A DNA stretch of 64,000 bases from a virus. Positions 17,801-25,127 of this stretch are shown here, piece by piece. Under the pieces are notes generated by a model that was not told the DNA's origin, made no database searches, and saw only the letters and a list, made by a program, of their open reading frames with translations. The stretch spans positions 32,001 to 96,000 of IMG/VR virus record IMGVR_UViG_3300045988_174111; one strand, given 5' to 3'. The position numbers were made by a program, and so were the translations under genes. The first letter of the stretch is position 1; every line of letters starts with the position of its first letter.

Positions 17801-19282
17801 AGATACCTTAACACGACCTGCATTCAAGAAACGTTCAAAAAGTAGATTATACCTCATCGGGTCTAACTTCGTAATTCCAAGAAGATAGGAAACAAGACAG
17901 CCCCCAGCAGAACCACGGCTGATTCCAGTCATTATCCCATTTCTGTGACACCAATTAATAATATCCCACGTAATTAAGAAATAATCAATTGCATCACCCA
18001 ATTTGATAACCCCTACTTCTCGGTCTATTCGCTCCATAATAACCTCTTCACCCCAATCCTCAATGAGGTCTGGGTGACGGTCAAGCCCATCCGATATAAG
18101 AGACCAAAAGAGGTCTTCATTCGTTTCAAATTTCTTGGCTTCTTCTTTTGTCATTTTATAACGCGGTAAATGTCTTTTTTTAACGTCAATGACAAAAGTA
18201 ATAGATTCGGCAATACTTTCAAGAAATTCCAAACCTTCTGTGAACCTTGAATAGACATCCATAAGGCCTTCATCTGTGTCTGGAAACATCTGTGAAAGCT
18301 CTGTAAATAATTGGTCGTTTGATTTGAAATATTGATTATCACTTTCGTATGCCGTTGTCCCTCCAATACTATGTAGGCGAGGCCTTATACAACTGTATTC
18401 TTCATCCAAATACCAAGCATCAACCGACGGAACAGGTAGCAAATTTCTATCCATGAAGAACTTTTTCAAGTTCTTCAAATACCATTCGTCCCTACTGTTA
18501 TCAACATATTCACATGGGTCAAGCTGATAGATAGCAGCATCCAAATTTAAACTTGATAAAACATCATAATCTAAGGTTTTGGGGTCCAGAAACAAAATCA
18601 AATCATCATTATCTCTCGTAATTTGATTAAAATCTTGAAGGCCAATGTATTTTGGATTGTCACAGTTTATGAACTTATTTATCGTCAAAAGGTCTTTCCA
18701 CCCCTTATCATTTCTTGCATACACTTTTACTGTGAATCTAATATCTCTTGGCTGGTCATATACGGTGCATTCCATCCCAATTATACTTTTCAGGCCGTTC
18801 TTTTGACATTCTGCCTGAAACTTCAAAGAACCAGCTAGCGAATTCTTTTCACAAATCCCTAAAGTGTTAACTCCAAGAAATTTAGCTTTTTTACACCAAT
18901 CAGAATACGTCCCGGAACCAGACATCATCTCATATTGGCCATGAACCCCAAGAAATACTTTAGTTTCAAATTCTTGTTTTGCAGCTCCAATATACTTCAA
19001 TCGTGTCAACTTGACATCATTTTCTTGCCCTTTTGACAACATGTAATACACCCCTCCAAATCGGTAAGCATAGAAGTCACAGTTTGTCTCAACTGTTCCA
19101 TCTTCAGCCCCACGATTGGGGTCAGCAGGAATTCCAACAAAATTGAAACTGTCATCAAACATCGCTCCGTCAAAGGCTTCTTTATACAGCTCAAAAGTCT
19201 TGCCGCCAATTTCAACTATATAGTCGGATAATTGTGTATAATCAAGTAAATTTTTTTCAAGGTATTCTTTAAATCTTTTCAT
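14816..19282 (-). CDS. dnaE: DNA polymerase III alpha-subunit-type replicase (DnaE family), interrupted by an intein
   Basis: 1488 aa. PHP-like region FLGVHGQYEMMSGSG, ISRGSAGGCLVSYLLGIT, catalytic LPDIDCDY, finger motif split as NNTYGVF|...|CYQEQIMQ, C-terminal OB/HhH-like region. Confidence 0.9.
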   Translation of the reverse strand: MKRFKEYLEKNLLDYTQLSDYIVEIGGKTFELYKEAFDGAMFDDSFNFVGIPADPNRGAEDGTVETNCDFYAYRFGGVYYMLSKGQENDVKLTRLKYIGAAKQEFETKVFLGVHGQYEMMSGSGTYSDWCKKAKFLGVNTLGICEKNSLAGSLKFQAECQKNGLKSIIGMECTVYDQPRDIRFTVKVYARNDKGWKDLLTINKFINCDNPKYIGLQDFNQITRDNDDLILFLDPKTLDYDVLSSLNLDAAIYQLDPCEYVDNSRDEWYLKNLKKFFMDRNLLPVPSVDAWYLDEEYSCIRPRLHSIGGTTAYESDNQYFKSNDQLFTELSQMFPDTDEGLMDVYSRFTEGLEFLESIAESITFVIDVKKRHLPRYKMTKEEAKKFETNEDLFWSLISDGLDRHPDLIEDWGEEVIMERIDREVGVIKLGDAIDYFLITWDIINWCHRNGIMTGISRGSAGGCLVSYLLGITKLDPMRYNLLFERFLNAGRVKVSLPDIDCDYPGEDRPRVKKYMEERYGWNQVCSVGTYSALQLRAAIKDMARVYGLDFQSTNEMMKAFDVKDRKPEDLFKIACANSKVKNFVKSHPDLINEVMLIMPAPKAQSIHACAMMVFPDENDMFRWVPIRKSGDEYVTEWEGGEMDAAGFLKEDVLGVKQFDKFQDMVRLVKEHEGVDLDIFSIPLDDKEVYRYFKNGWNEDNFHFGSSGLTGYCKQMKPDNIEDLIAAISLYRPGAMENNFHNEFVVRKEGKKEIEYFVGTESILNNTYGVFCIAENSEVLTLNGIKKIQDIIPGDMVKTEDGSFQKVLLLKNNGVKKTVRVRSNFGRELVCTPDHKILTKRGWVEAQNLVKNDELKCWFEKPVRIDSLTEREKLEHWLIGYFIAEGTSTHSSPYFTVSNLEIANRLRELLLELDSDFEVTIKERSQVKKSGNVGKSIRVTVKAVSGKSNGFFSKNYQENKFNSLLKKYGLYLKNCYEKRLPSNYSLDMIAGVLEGDGCLKNDTLKMCNNSLLEDIYFALQSYQIHSSIFPRLNKLTVSWKDLFYCLPYRMLSKKKISRKSPTNYMWGRVKEVVHDEERVVYDISVENIHSFTVGGIIVHNCYQEQIMQLCRELGGLSLVEADDVRKAMVKKKYEALQQYKERFIPYYRDNYNVTQEYSEKVWDAIDKASTYLFNRSHAAAYAITGYISQWIKVHYPIEYWSVAFKYALDTDYSRYIAEINKTGVCTVRPVDINVSDVDVVINFEEKALYWSITGVKQVAEKAATQIIKERKENGQYWSLNDFITRHKWKGSAVNNRIIRNLILAGAFDKLEGITDISKRIDLLVDFLVGVKAEVKDDDPVLSGADLHANDSWWWALLQKQVSGLAFFDYQQIFERFKSEFPDAYEFANVEDCNDTDSRPNNGYVVVSGYVSDMEIKKTRKGDTMCRLILEANYEFLEVIIFQQEYEQLASLLEGSRSNLIIINGCLSYDNRKDSNILRANFETNIVTLTL
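15989..16975 (-). mobile_element. Class 1 intein (329 aa, residues 770-1098 of DnaE) with a LAGLIDADG homing endonuclease
   Basis: Starts CIAENSEVLTLNG, has block B CTPDHKILT, and ends IIVHN followed by Cys (CYQEQ). LAGLIDADG blocks: WLIGYFIAEGTS and MIAGVLEGDGCL. Boundary codons checked on the nucleotide sequence. Confidence 0.85.
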
Positions 19283-19916
19283 GTCTTAATTCCTTTTTAA
19301 CAAGCTCAGTTATATTTTCACCATCTTTACATCCAAGTGAAAGAAAAGTTTGAGCAAACTTTTCACTTACATGTGAATTTATTTCGTAGGAATCAGAATG
19401 ATAATCACAAAAAATTATCTCAACTTCTTTCCCGCATGAAGCCGAAAGCCTAAAAATTGCCTGAGCTTCAATAGGAAATCTAAGAGAACCAAAAACAACA
19501 TCACACGCTGCTGATTCCTCGATTGTCATTTTAGACAAACGATTCGTAATATCATTGACAGTCCATCTTGCCCAAATATCTTCTCCAGCTATCTTCTTCA
19601 AATATTCGCCTGTATTTTGCAATATTTCACGGCCGGATACAAACGAAAAATCAGGAACTATTGAATTCCCAGAAGTTGGGAGCATAATGTTTTGTTTCAG
19701 TTCTTTCCATTTTGCATAAACCGTTCCATCTAACTGAATACCTCTGTCACGTCCTGTGAAAGTATTCATAAGCGTTTGACGAATTCCCTCGCTGAAATCC
19801 CCTATAATAATCGAACGATTTTCTGAATCGGCCTTTGCTCTTAAAAATTCTGCACGATAAGACTTCCCGGAGCCAATAACCCCAACAAGCCCATAAATCT
19901 TTCCTTTATGGTTCAT
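19269..19916 (-). CDS. P-loop nucleotide kinase, putative dNMP kinase
   Basis: 215 aa. Walker A GVIGSGKSYRAEF. Size and context (nucleotide-metabolism block) resemble phage dNMP kinases. Confidence 0.45.
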   Translation of the reverse strand: MNHKGKIYGLVGVIGSGKSYRAEFLRAKADSENRSIIIGDFSEGIRQTLMNTFTGRDRGIQLDGTVYAKWKELKQNIMLPTSGNSIVPDFSFVSGREILQNTGEYLKKIAGEDIWARWTVNDITNRLSKMTIEESAACDVVFGSLRFPIEAQAIFRLSASCGKEVEIIFCDYHSDSYEINSHVSEKFAQTFLSLGCKDGENITELVKKELRHEKI

Positions 19917-20445
19917 ACTGTAACATAAATTTTTGAATACTTGTAAAAAGTTCCCAGTCCTTTGAATACTTTTTCATCAGATTCTCACAGTTTTCAATAC
20001 ACTGTAATAATTTCTTAGACGAGTTCCCAAGGGCACATTCGTTTTTACAGAAAATCCACAAATCTAAATAATCACATGTCTTAAATAGGCGATACTGTAA
20101 ATCAGACATTAAAGACTTAATCTCAGAATCAGAATATGGTGCCAAAACTGTATCTCCATGACAAATCTCATATTCAATGATATCCCACGCGGAAGAAGTA
20201 TTTTCATTAAATTTCTTCACGCACGCATTAAGGTCGCCAGTAACACTTTCGACAAAATCATGAAGCAATACTTTGTCAAATACATTAATGTCGTAGGATA
20301 CGTCTTCTTCGGAAGCAAACCAACGAAATAACATACCTACTACGAGGCCATGCTCCAAGAGATTGTACCCCCTGTGGTGGGGGGTATTTGGCAATCTCTG
20401 GATATCTTTCATTCCTAAAAGGATGTCAATTTTTTTGTAATTCAT
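19906..20445 (-). CDS. HD-domain 5'-deoxynucleotidase (YfbR-like)
   Basis: 179 aa. RLPNTPHHRGYNLLEHGLVV, then LLHDFVESVTGDL...VKK, matching the YfbR pattern (...EHS..., HD..E..TGD). Confidence 0.65.
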   Translation of the reverse strand: MNYKKIDILLGMKDIQRLPNTPHHRGYNLLEHGLVVGMLFRWFASEEDVSYDINVFDKVLLHDFVESVTGDLNACVKKFNENTSSAWDIIEYEICHGDTVLAPYSDSEIKSLMSDLQYRLFKTCDYLDLWIFCKNECALGNSSKKLLQCIENCENLMKKYSKDWELFTSIQKFMLQYEP

Positions 20446-20465
20446 GCTATATTTATTTTAGTGAA

Positions 20466-21578
20466 CTATCCAATAAATAATTCATTCAACAACGGGTTTT
20501 TAAACTCGATAGGCTGTTTTGTCCAATAACGATAAATTATTTTACCCCAATCGGAAAATAAACCTTTAAAAAATCCAAGTTCTTCAAGTAAATCTTCCTT
20601 CTTTAAGCCTGCACGACACATCTCTTCAAATTGAGATAATTCCCCTATCCAGTAGTCGAACTCCTCTAATGTTTTAAACGTTGCATCGTATGTAAAGTTT
20701 ATTCCGGAAGAATATAAATTCGGGTCTCTTTTAGCTATTTCTTCGACCATAGGAATAAAATCCTTATAGACGTGAAGATTATCTACCTTATGGTAATATT
20801 TTCCGACAGGCACGCCCACTATTGCCGCAACATATTCCTGCATCAATGTAAAGTTAAATACATTCACTGCGCTAAACCCCCATATCAGGTCATTCGAACG
20901 CATATCAACATAACAGTTCATCTTCCCATCGACAACCATAAAATGAATTGAACGTGTGCAAGGAGTATCCTTTGTTTCCAAGATAGCTGCCTTTTCTGAA
21001 CCGCCTTCTTCATTTTGATAATGAGCATTAAAATTGTCAGAAATAGGGTCGTGAATCGTAATAACCGCTTCACGAGTGTCAATATCCTGTTTGAATTTTT
21101 CAATCACAAAGCGTAATTGGTCAGTAACATTTTGGTATGGAGCTGGCCGTTTCAACTTTGTTTGGCGACCGTTATCGTCTGCTTTTCCGTTCTTATACTG
21201 ACGTGGAAGGAGTTGTCCGGACAATGTTACCATCGACTCAAAATTATCGCCGTAACGACGTATTCGAGGCCCATACCCAGCTCTCATAAATTTACCATCA
21301 TCAGAAAAGTTCAACAAATTCTTTACATAGCTTGCAGGCATTTCCAAACTGTTATCTCCACGAGCAAGCCACAAACTTTCAATCCATCCTAATGTTTTGT
21401 TCCATTTACGTTCCGGAATACGAACGTAACGGTCAGTTGGATTTGAAATTTCAATCAAAACTGCCCCAGGAAATTCTCTACATTGAAAGCCTCTTCTTGT
21501 AACATCAATTCCTCTTTCAACTAGCCCCCGACTTAATAGGATGAGGGCACTACTTAAATTTTCTGCTTGAAAAAACAT
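20466..21578 (-). CDS. Thymidylate synthase-fold enzyme, candidate dUMP hydroxymethylase
   Basis: 370 aa. RKWNKTLGWIESLWLARG, catalytic-Cys context DTPCTRSIHFMV, YVDMRSNDLIWGFSAVNVFNF (compare QRSxDxxLGxPFN). About 100 aa longer than ThyA. Sits next to a DNA-modification-type gene pair. Confidence 0.6.
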   Translation of the reverse strand: MFFQAENLSSALILLSRGLVERGIDVTRRGFQCREFPGAVLIEISNPTDRYVRIPERKWNKTLGWIESLWLARGDNSLEMPASYVKNLLNFSDDGKFMRAGYGPRIRRYGDNFESMVTLSGQLLPRQYKNGKADDNGRQTKLKRPAPYQNVTDQLRFVIEKFKQDIDTREAVITIHDPISDNFNAHYQNEEGGSEKAAILETKDTPCTRSIHFMVVDGKMNCYVDMRSNDLIWGFSAVNVFNFTLMQEYVAAIVGVPVGKYYHKVDNLHVYKDFIPMVEEIAKRDPNLYSSGINFTYDATFKTLEEFDYWIGELSQFEEMCRAGLKKEDLLEELGFFKGLFSDWGKIIYRYWTKQPIEFKNPLLNELFIG

Positions 21579-21591
21579 ATCTCTAAATTAT

Positions 21592-22635
21592 TTATTCAAC
21601 AATAAATTCTCCTGGCTTAGGAAGAACCGCATTCCATTTAGGAGGAAAGACAAAATTAATCTCCTTGGAGCTTTTTTCATACGTGTGTTTGATTCTTTCA
21701 TTGCGCCCTTTATTGAAGGAAGCACCAAGCCCCTTGGCAAACTTACTTGTCTCACAGAAACAGTTTTGCAAATTTGTTAAAGTCGGAACAGGTTCCCAAG
21801 GTAAGGGATTCCATTTCATACCGCTTTCTTTGCAAAATTTATTCATCAATTCTTCGAAATTTTCGTGAACCCATTTAATTACTCCCACATAATCATAACG
21901 TTTCCCGGACGCTCCTTCAAATGTCCACCCGATTCCTTTTAAAGACCCTGGACCAGTAATGACAAAATCATTTTCCGAAAAATTAAACAAAGGGGAATAA
22001 TTCAAGTCGATGCAATACTGTTGTGCAGTAAAGTCCCCGTATATTTTCATTTTTCGAAATACCCAATACAATTCTTCAAAAGACTTTGCCTCCAGAAAAT
22101 CATACAAATGACCATTCTGAAATATTTCATCTTCGAAGATACGAAAATGCGCCCGATGCTTACTCATCCCCGTGATATGCTTGTATTCGGGGTATTGATA
22201 AAAGAAGCAATTAACGATATACGCATTCCCATAAATTGTATCACCACTTTCAATTACTTCATCTAAGAACTTAGCAATATTTTCTAGCCCTACTTCGTAG
22301 GTAATATCACCAAATTCTTTTTCAAGCAAGTCCCAAGTTTCGTTTTTGTTGAAATGCTTAAAAAGCAATATGCGAAAGAACATATCTTCTGGCTCATACT
22401 GTTTTCCGTTGTAAATTACACGACTCAACAGGTATTGGCTCACACGGTCAAGGCATCTATAAACATTCGTAAACTTGAATCTCCGAAGTATTTCATCGTC
22501 TGTCCATGGTCCAACCTGTCCATTGTACTTCTTCCAGAAGATATTCATTCTTTCGCATATCCAATACAAAAACCAATTAAATGTTTCTAATGGGACTGGA
22601 ATAAACTCATTTTCCTTTCTTTTTCCCATTTTCAA
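21592..22635 (-). CDS. putative DNA base hypermodification protein (aGPT-Pplase-like, alpha-glutamyl/putrescinyl-thymine pyrophosphorylase family)
   Basis: 347 aa. N-terminal WTDDEILRRFKFTNVYRCLDRVSQYL matches, from memory, the hallmark motif of this family (...W.D..L....F.NVYRe.DR.T). Overlaps the kinase gene by 29 nt. Confidence 0.5.
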   Translation of the reverse strand: MKMGKRKENEFIPVPLETFNWFLYWICERMNIFWKKYNGQVGPWTDDEILRRFKFTNVYRCLDRVSQYLLSRVIYNGKQYEPEDMFFRILLFKHFNKNETWDLLEKEFGDITYEVGLENIAKFLDEVIESGDTIYGNAYIVNCFFYQYPEYKHITGMSKHRAHFRIFEDEIFQNGHLYDFLEAKSFEELYWVFRKMKIYGDFTAQQYCIDLNYSPLFNFSENDFVITGPGSLKGIGWTFEGASGKRYDYVGVIKWVHENFEELMNKFCKESGMKWNPLPWEPVPTLTNLQNCFCETSKFAKGLGASFNKGRNERIKHTYEKSSKEINFVFPPKWNAVLPKPGEFIVE

Positions 22636-23353
22636 ATGTTTTAAACGAATTTCTGTCTATATAATCTGATTTTTTACAAAAAGCAATAAATTCATCACAC
22701 AACTCAGAAAGTTCGAAAAATTTTAAAATGTGGACACCTAAATCCCACACTGGAGAATCATAGGGTTGGTCATGTAAAACCACATTCCCTCCGGCATCGT
22801 TCACTTCTTTTCTCTCTCTTTGAGCCTTTTCAAAATCGTGAAGGAAAGTACGGTGCTTTCTCCACATGCAATCCCCCTTTGGAGGCTCGCCAGAGCGATA
22901 TGTTATCCGAGCACAGTATTCATCCCACTGGTCATCACGATAATCGTAGCGAACGTGAAGAATGTTTGAAAAACCTGAACTCTCACACAAACTCAAAGGA
23001 CGCAATCTCCAAGAAACTGTCGTACCTGCCCCATCAATTAGAACTCCATGACCTGCCTTCGAAACTTCTTCTAGGAAGAAGGAAAGCCCCTCAGCCTTGC
23101 AAAGTCTTGAAGTCATGCTATCATACCCCTGCCAACGACGAACTCCCCCGTTCTCGTAAAACTTTCCCACAAAAACCATATTAAAGTCAGGTGAATAAAC
23201 CCCAACTTCCTTTTCCTTTCCGTCAAGAGTTTTGAACTTATACGGGAGAAGTTCCATCCCTAAGGATTCTAAAAATTCCAGGAAGAGGTAAACCCTTGTG
23301 GACTTACCACTTCCAGAAATTCCTTTTACTAAAACTATAGATTCACCGTCCAT
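22607..23353 (-). CDS. P-loop kinase, candidate 5-hydroxymethyl-dU DNA kinase (5-HMUDK-like)
   Basis: 248 aa. Walker A VKGISGSGKSTRV. Translationally coupled to the aGPT-Pplase-like gene. Assignment rests on context plus P-loop only. Confidence 0.45.
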   Translation of the reverse strand: MDGESIVLVKGISGSGKSTRVYLFLEFLESLGMELLPYKFKTLDGKEKEVGVYSPDFNMVFVGKFYENGGVRRWQGYDSMTSRLCKAEGLSFFLEEVSKAGHGVLIDGAGTTVSWRLRPLSLCESSGFSNILHVRYDYRDDQWDEYCARITYRSGEPPKGDCMWRKHRTFLHDFEKAQRERKEVNDAGGNVVLHDQPYDSPVWDLGVHILKFFELSELCDEFIAFCKKSDYIDRNSFKTFENGKKKGK

Positions 23354-23356
23354 TTG

Positions 23357-24040
23357 TTATTTCTTTTTCGGCGTTTTCTTTGCAGGCGCAGATTGAGTAT
23401 CCTCAGCCAGTTCCAACGCTGTTGCGCGTTTCTTCACAGGCTTATCATCACCAAACTTAACCATACATTTTTCTTTTCCATCGCCGGACTGATATAAACG
23501 AACAACTTCGCCAACAGTGCTGGAACCTTTCAACGTTACTTTTGAGCCAACTTTCAGTCCTGGAACCTCTGTTGATTCTTCAAGATTCTGTCGTTTTGTT
23601 TCACGCGATTTTTCAGATTTTCCGGCCTTGGCACCCTCTCTCATTGATTTGTCTGACTTAGAAGGGGTCTTTCTTTCTTTCTGACGCTTGTCATATTCTT
23701 TTTCAGCAGCGGCAAGACGGGCTTCTTCTTCTTCGGTAAGCTTTTCTTCGGACTGATAATTCGAATTGCGTTTGTTCTGACGCTTCATAGCTGCTTCTGG
23801 TGAACCATCACCGTCTTCATCTTCAGACTCTTTTTCTTCCTCTTTCTTTACCGGAGCCTTCTTCGGAGCCTTTTTAGGAGCTTCCTTCTTTTCTTCCGCT
23901 TCACCGCCCATTTTTTCCAAAAATTCCTGAGCAATTTTTACTTCCAATTCGGTTGATTCCTCATTGTTAACAATTTCTTCCAACTGTTCTTTCGAAAATT
24001 TTCTGTACTTCATGCGAAGTGCTAATGCATTGTTTGCCAT
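23357..24040 (-). CDS. Lys/Glu-rich low-complexity protein with a small C-terminal beta-rich (KOW/SH3-like) domain
   Basis: 227 aa. EEKKEAPKKAPKKAPVKKEEEKESEDED tracts. C-terminal VGSKVTLKGSSTVGEVVRLYQSGDGKEKCMVKFGDDKPV. First gene after the promoter box at 24102-24109. Confidence 0.55.
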   Translation of the reverse strand: MANNALALRMKYRKFSKEQLEEIVNNEESTELEVKIAQEFLEKMGGEAEEKKEAPKKAPKKAPVKKEEEKESEDEDGDGSPEAAMKRQNKRNSNYQSEEKLTEEEEARLAAAEKEYDKRQKERKTPSKSDKSMREGAKAGKSEKSRETKRQNLEESTEVPGLKVGSKVTLKGSSTVGEVVRLYQSGDGKEKCMVKFGDDKPVKKRATALELAEDTQSAPAKKTPKKK

Positions 24041-24101
24041 AATCGTTTTTCTTTTTTGGTTAAAATTCTATTTTAGAAATAAATTATCACTTATCTCGGT
24101 A

Positions 24102-24109
24102 CAAATATA
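24102..24109 (-). promoter_or_regulatory. Bacteroidota-type -7 promoter box (TATATTTG)
   Basis: The minus strand reads TATATTTGTACCG in the 116-nt gap between dut and ORF 23357-24040. Confidence 0.4.
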
Positions 24110-24156
24110 ACGTAAATAATTCGAATCCTAATGATTTTTCTCAATAAAAATCGAAA

Positions 24157-24606
24157 TTATTTTGTTCCAGTATGGCCAAATCCTCCAGTTCCTCTTTCTG
24201 TATCAGTAAGTTCTTCGACTGAAGAAACTTCGACAACTTCCTCGACTTTTGCATAGGGGGCAAAGACAATTTGGGCAATTCTGTCACCATTCTCAATAGT
24301 TTGTGGTTCTGTCGACAGGTTAATCAACGGAACACCTACTTCCCCACGATAGTCAGCGTCAATGGTTCCAGGAGCATTGATTACGGTCAGACCCTGTTTA
24401 ACAGCGCAACCGCTGCGAGGTCTCACCTGACCCTCGTACCCCTGTTCGATTTCCATATACAAACCAGTAGGGATGATTTTACGCTCCATCGGAGCCAATG
24501 TGATTGAACCCTCGGGAAGATAGGCACGCAAGTCCATACCCGAACTGTCTGGAGTTTTGTACTCCGGCAGAGCATTTGTGCTCTTGTTTACGATTCTTAA
24601 TTTCAT
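24157..24606 (-). CDS. dut: dUTP diphosphatase (trimeric dUTPase)
   Basis: 149 aa with all five motifs: SSGMDLRA, PRSG, GTIDADYRGE, GDRIAQ, RGTGGFGHTG. Confidence 0.95.
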   Translation of the reverse strand: MKLRIVNKSTNALPEYKTPDSSGMDLRAYLPEGSITLAPMERKIIPTGLYMEIEQGYEGQVRPRSGCAVKQGLTVINAPGTIDADYRGEVGVPLINLSTEPQTIENGDRIAQIVFAPYAKVEEVVEVSSVEELTDTERGTGGFGHTGTK

Positions 24607-24629
24607 ACTTTAAATGATTAAAATGAATG

Positions 24630-25121
24630 TTACAACCAATCAAAATTGTTTATAATTGTGATGTCATTATATTTAACGAGAAAATCACCTTTCGAGCCTC
24701 GAATTTTGACTTCCTCCTTAGCAGGATTGTTGCTTACGACCTCCATTATCGTCCCTTTGTACAGGACTTTGGTGTCCCTGTAAAGGATATACCAACGGTC
24801 ATAATTTCCCTGAACTCTTCTCTGTTCTTCGTCTTTGTACTGAAACGCTGGAAGACCTTTCTTTCCCCAGAAATTCTTTTCGACGAACTCCGCCACATTA
24901 TATCCAGGAGTGAATATGCTGTCGACGTTGAATTTCACACTCAACTCAATAATCTTCAACCGCTTCTTCTTAGCAATATCCGCTGCGACTGACGCATACG
25001 TTCCATTACGGTATATAGAGGAACGTAATTTGTGAGTCAGATACTCTAATTGAAGCCGTGTCAAAAACTGTCTGTGGCGCAGTCCTTTGTCCTCACAGGT
25101 TTCTTCTCTTACTTTGTCCAT
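24630..25121 (-). CDS. hypothetical protein (163 aa)
   Basis: ORF in the array between primase and dut. No motif recognised. Confidence 0.55.
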   Translation of the reverse strand: MDKVREETCEDKGLRHRQFLTRLQLEYLTHKLRSSIYRNGTYASVAADIAKKKRLKIIELSVKFNVDSIFTPGYNVAEFVEKNFWGKKGLPAFQYKDEEQRRVQGNYDRWYILYRDTKVLYKGTIMEVVSNNPAKEEVKIRGSKGDFLVKYNDITIINNFDWL

Positions 25122-25127
25122 AATTGC

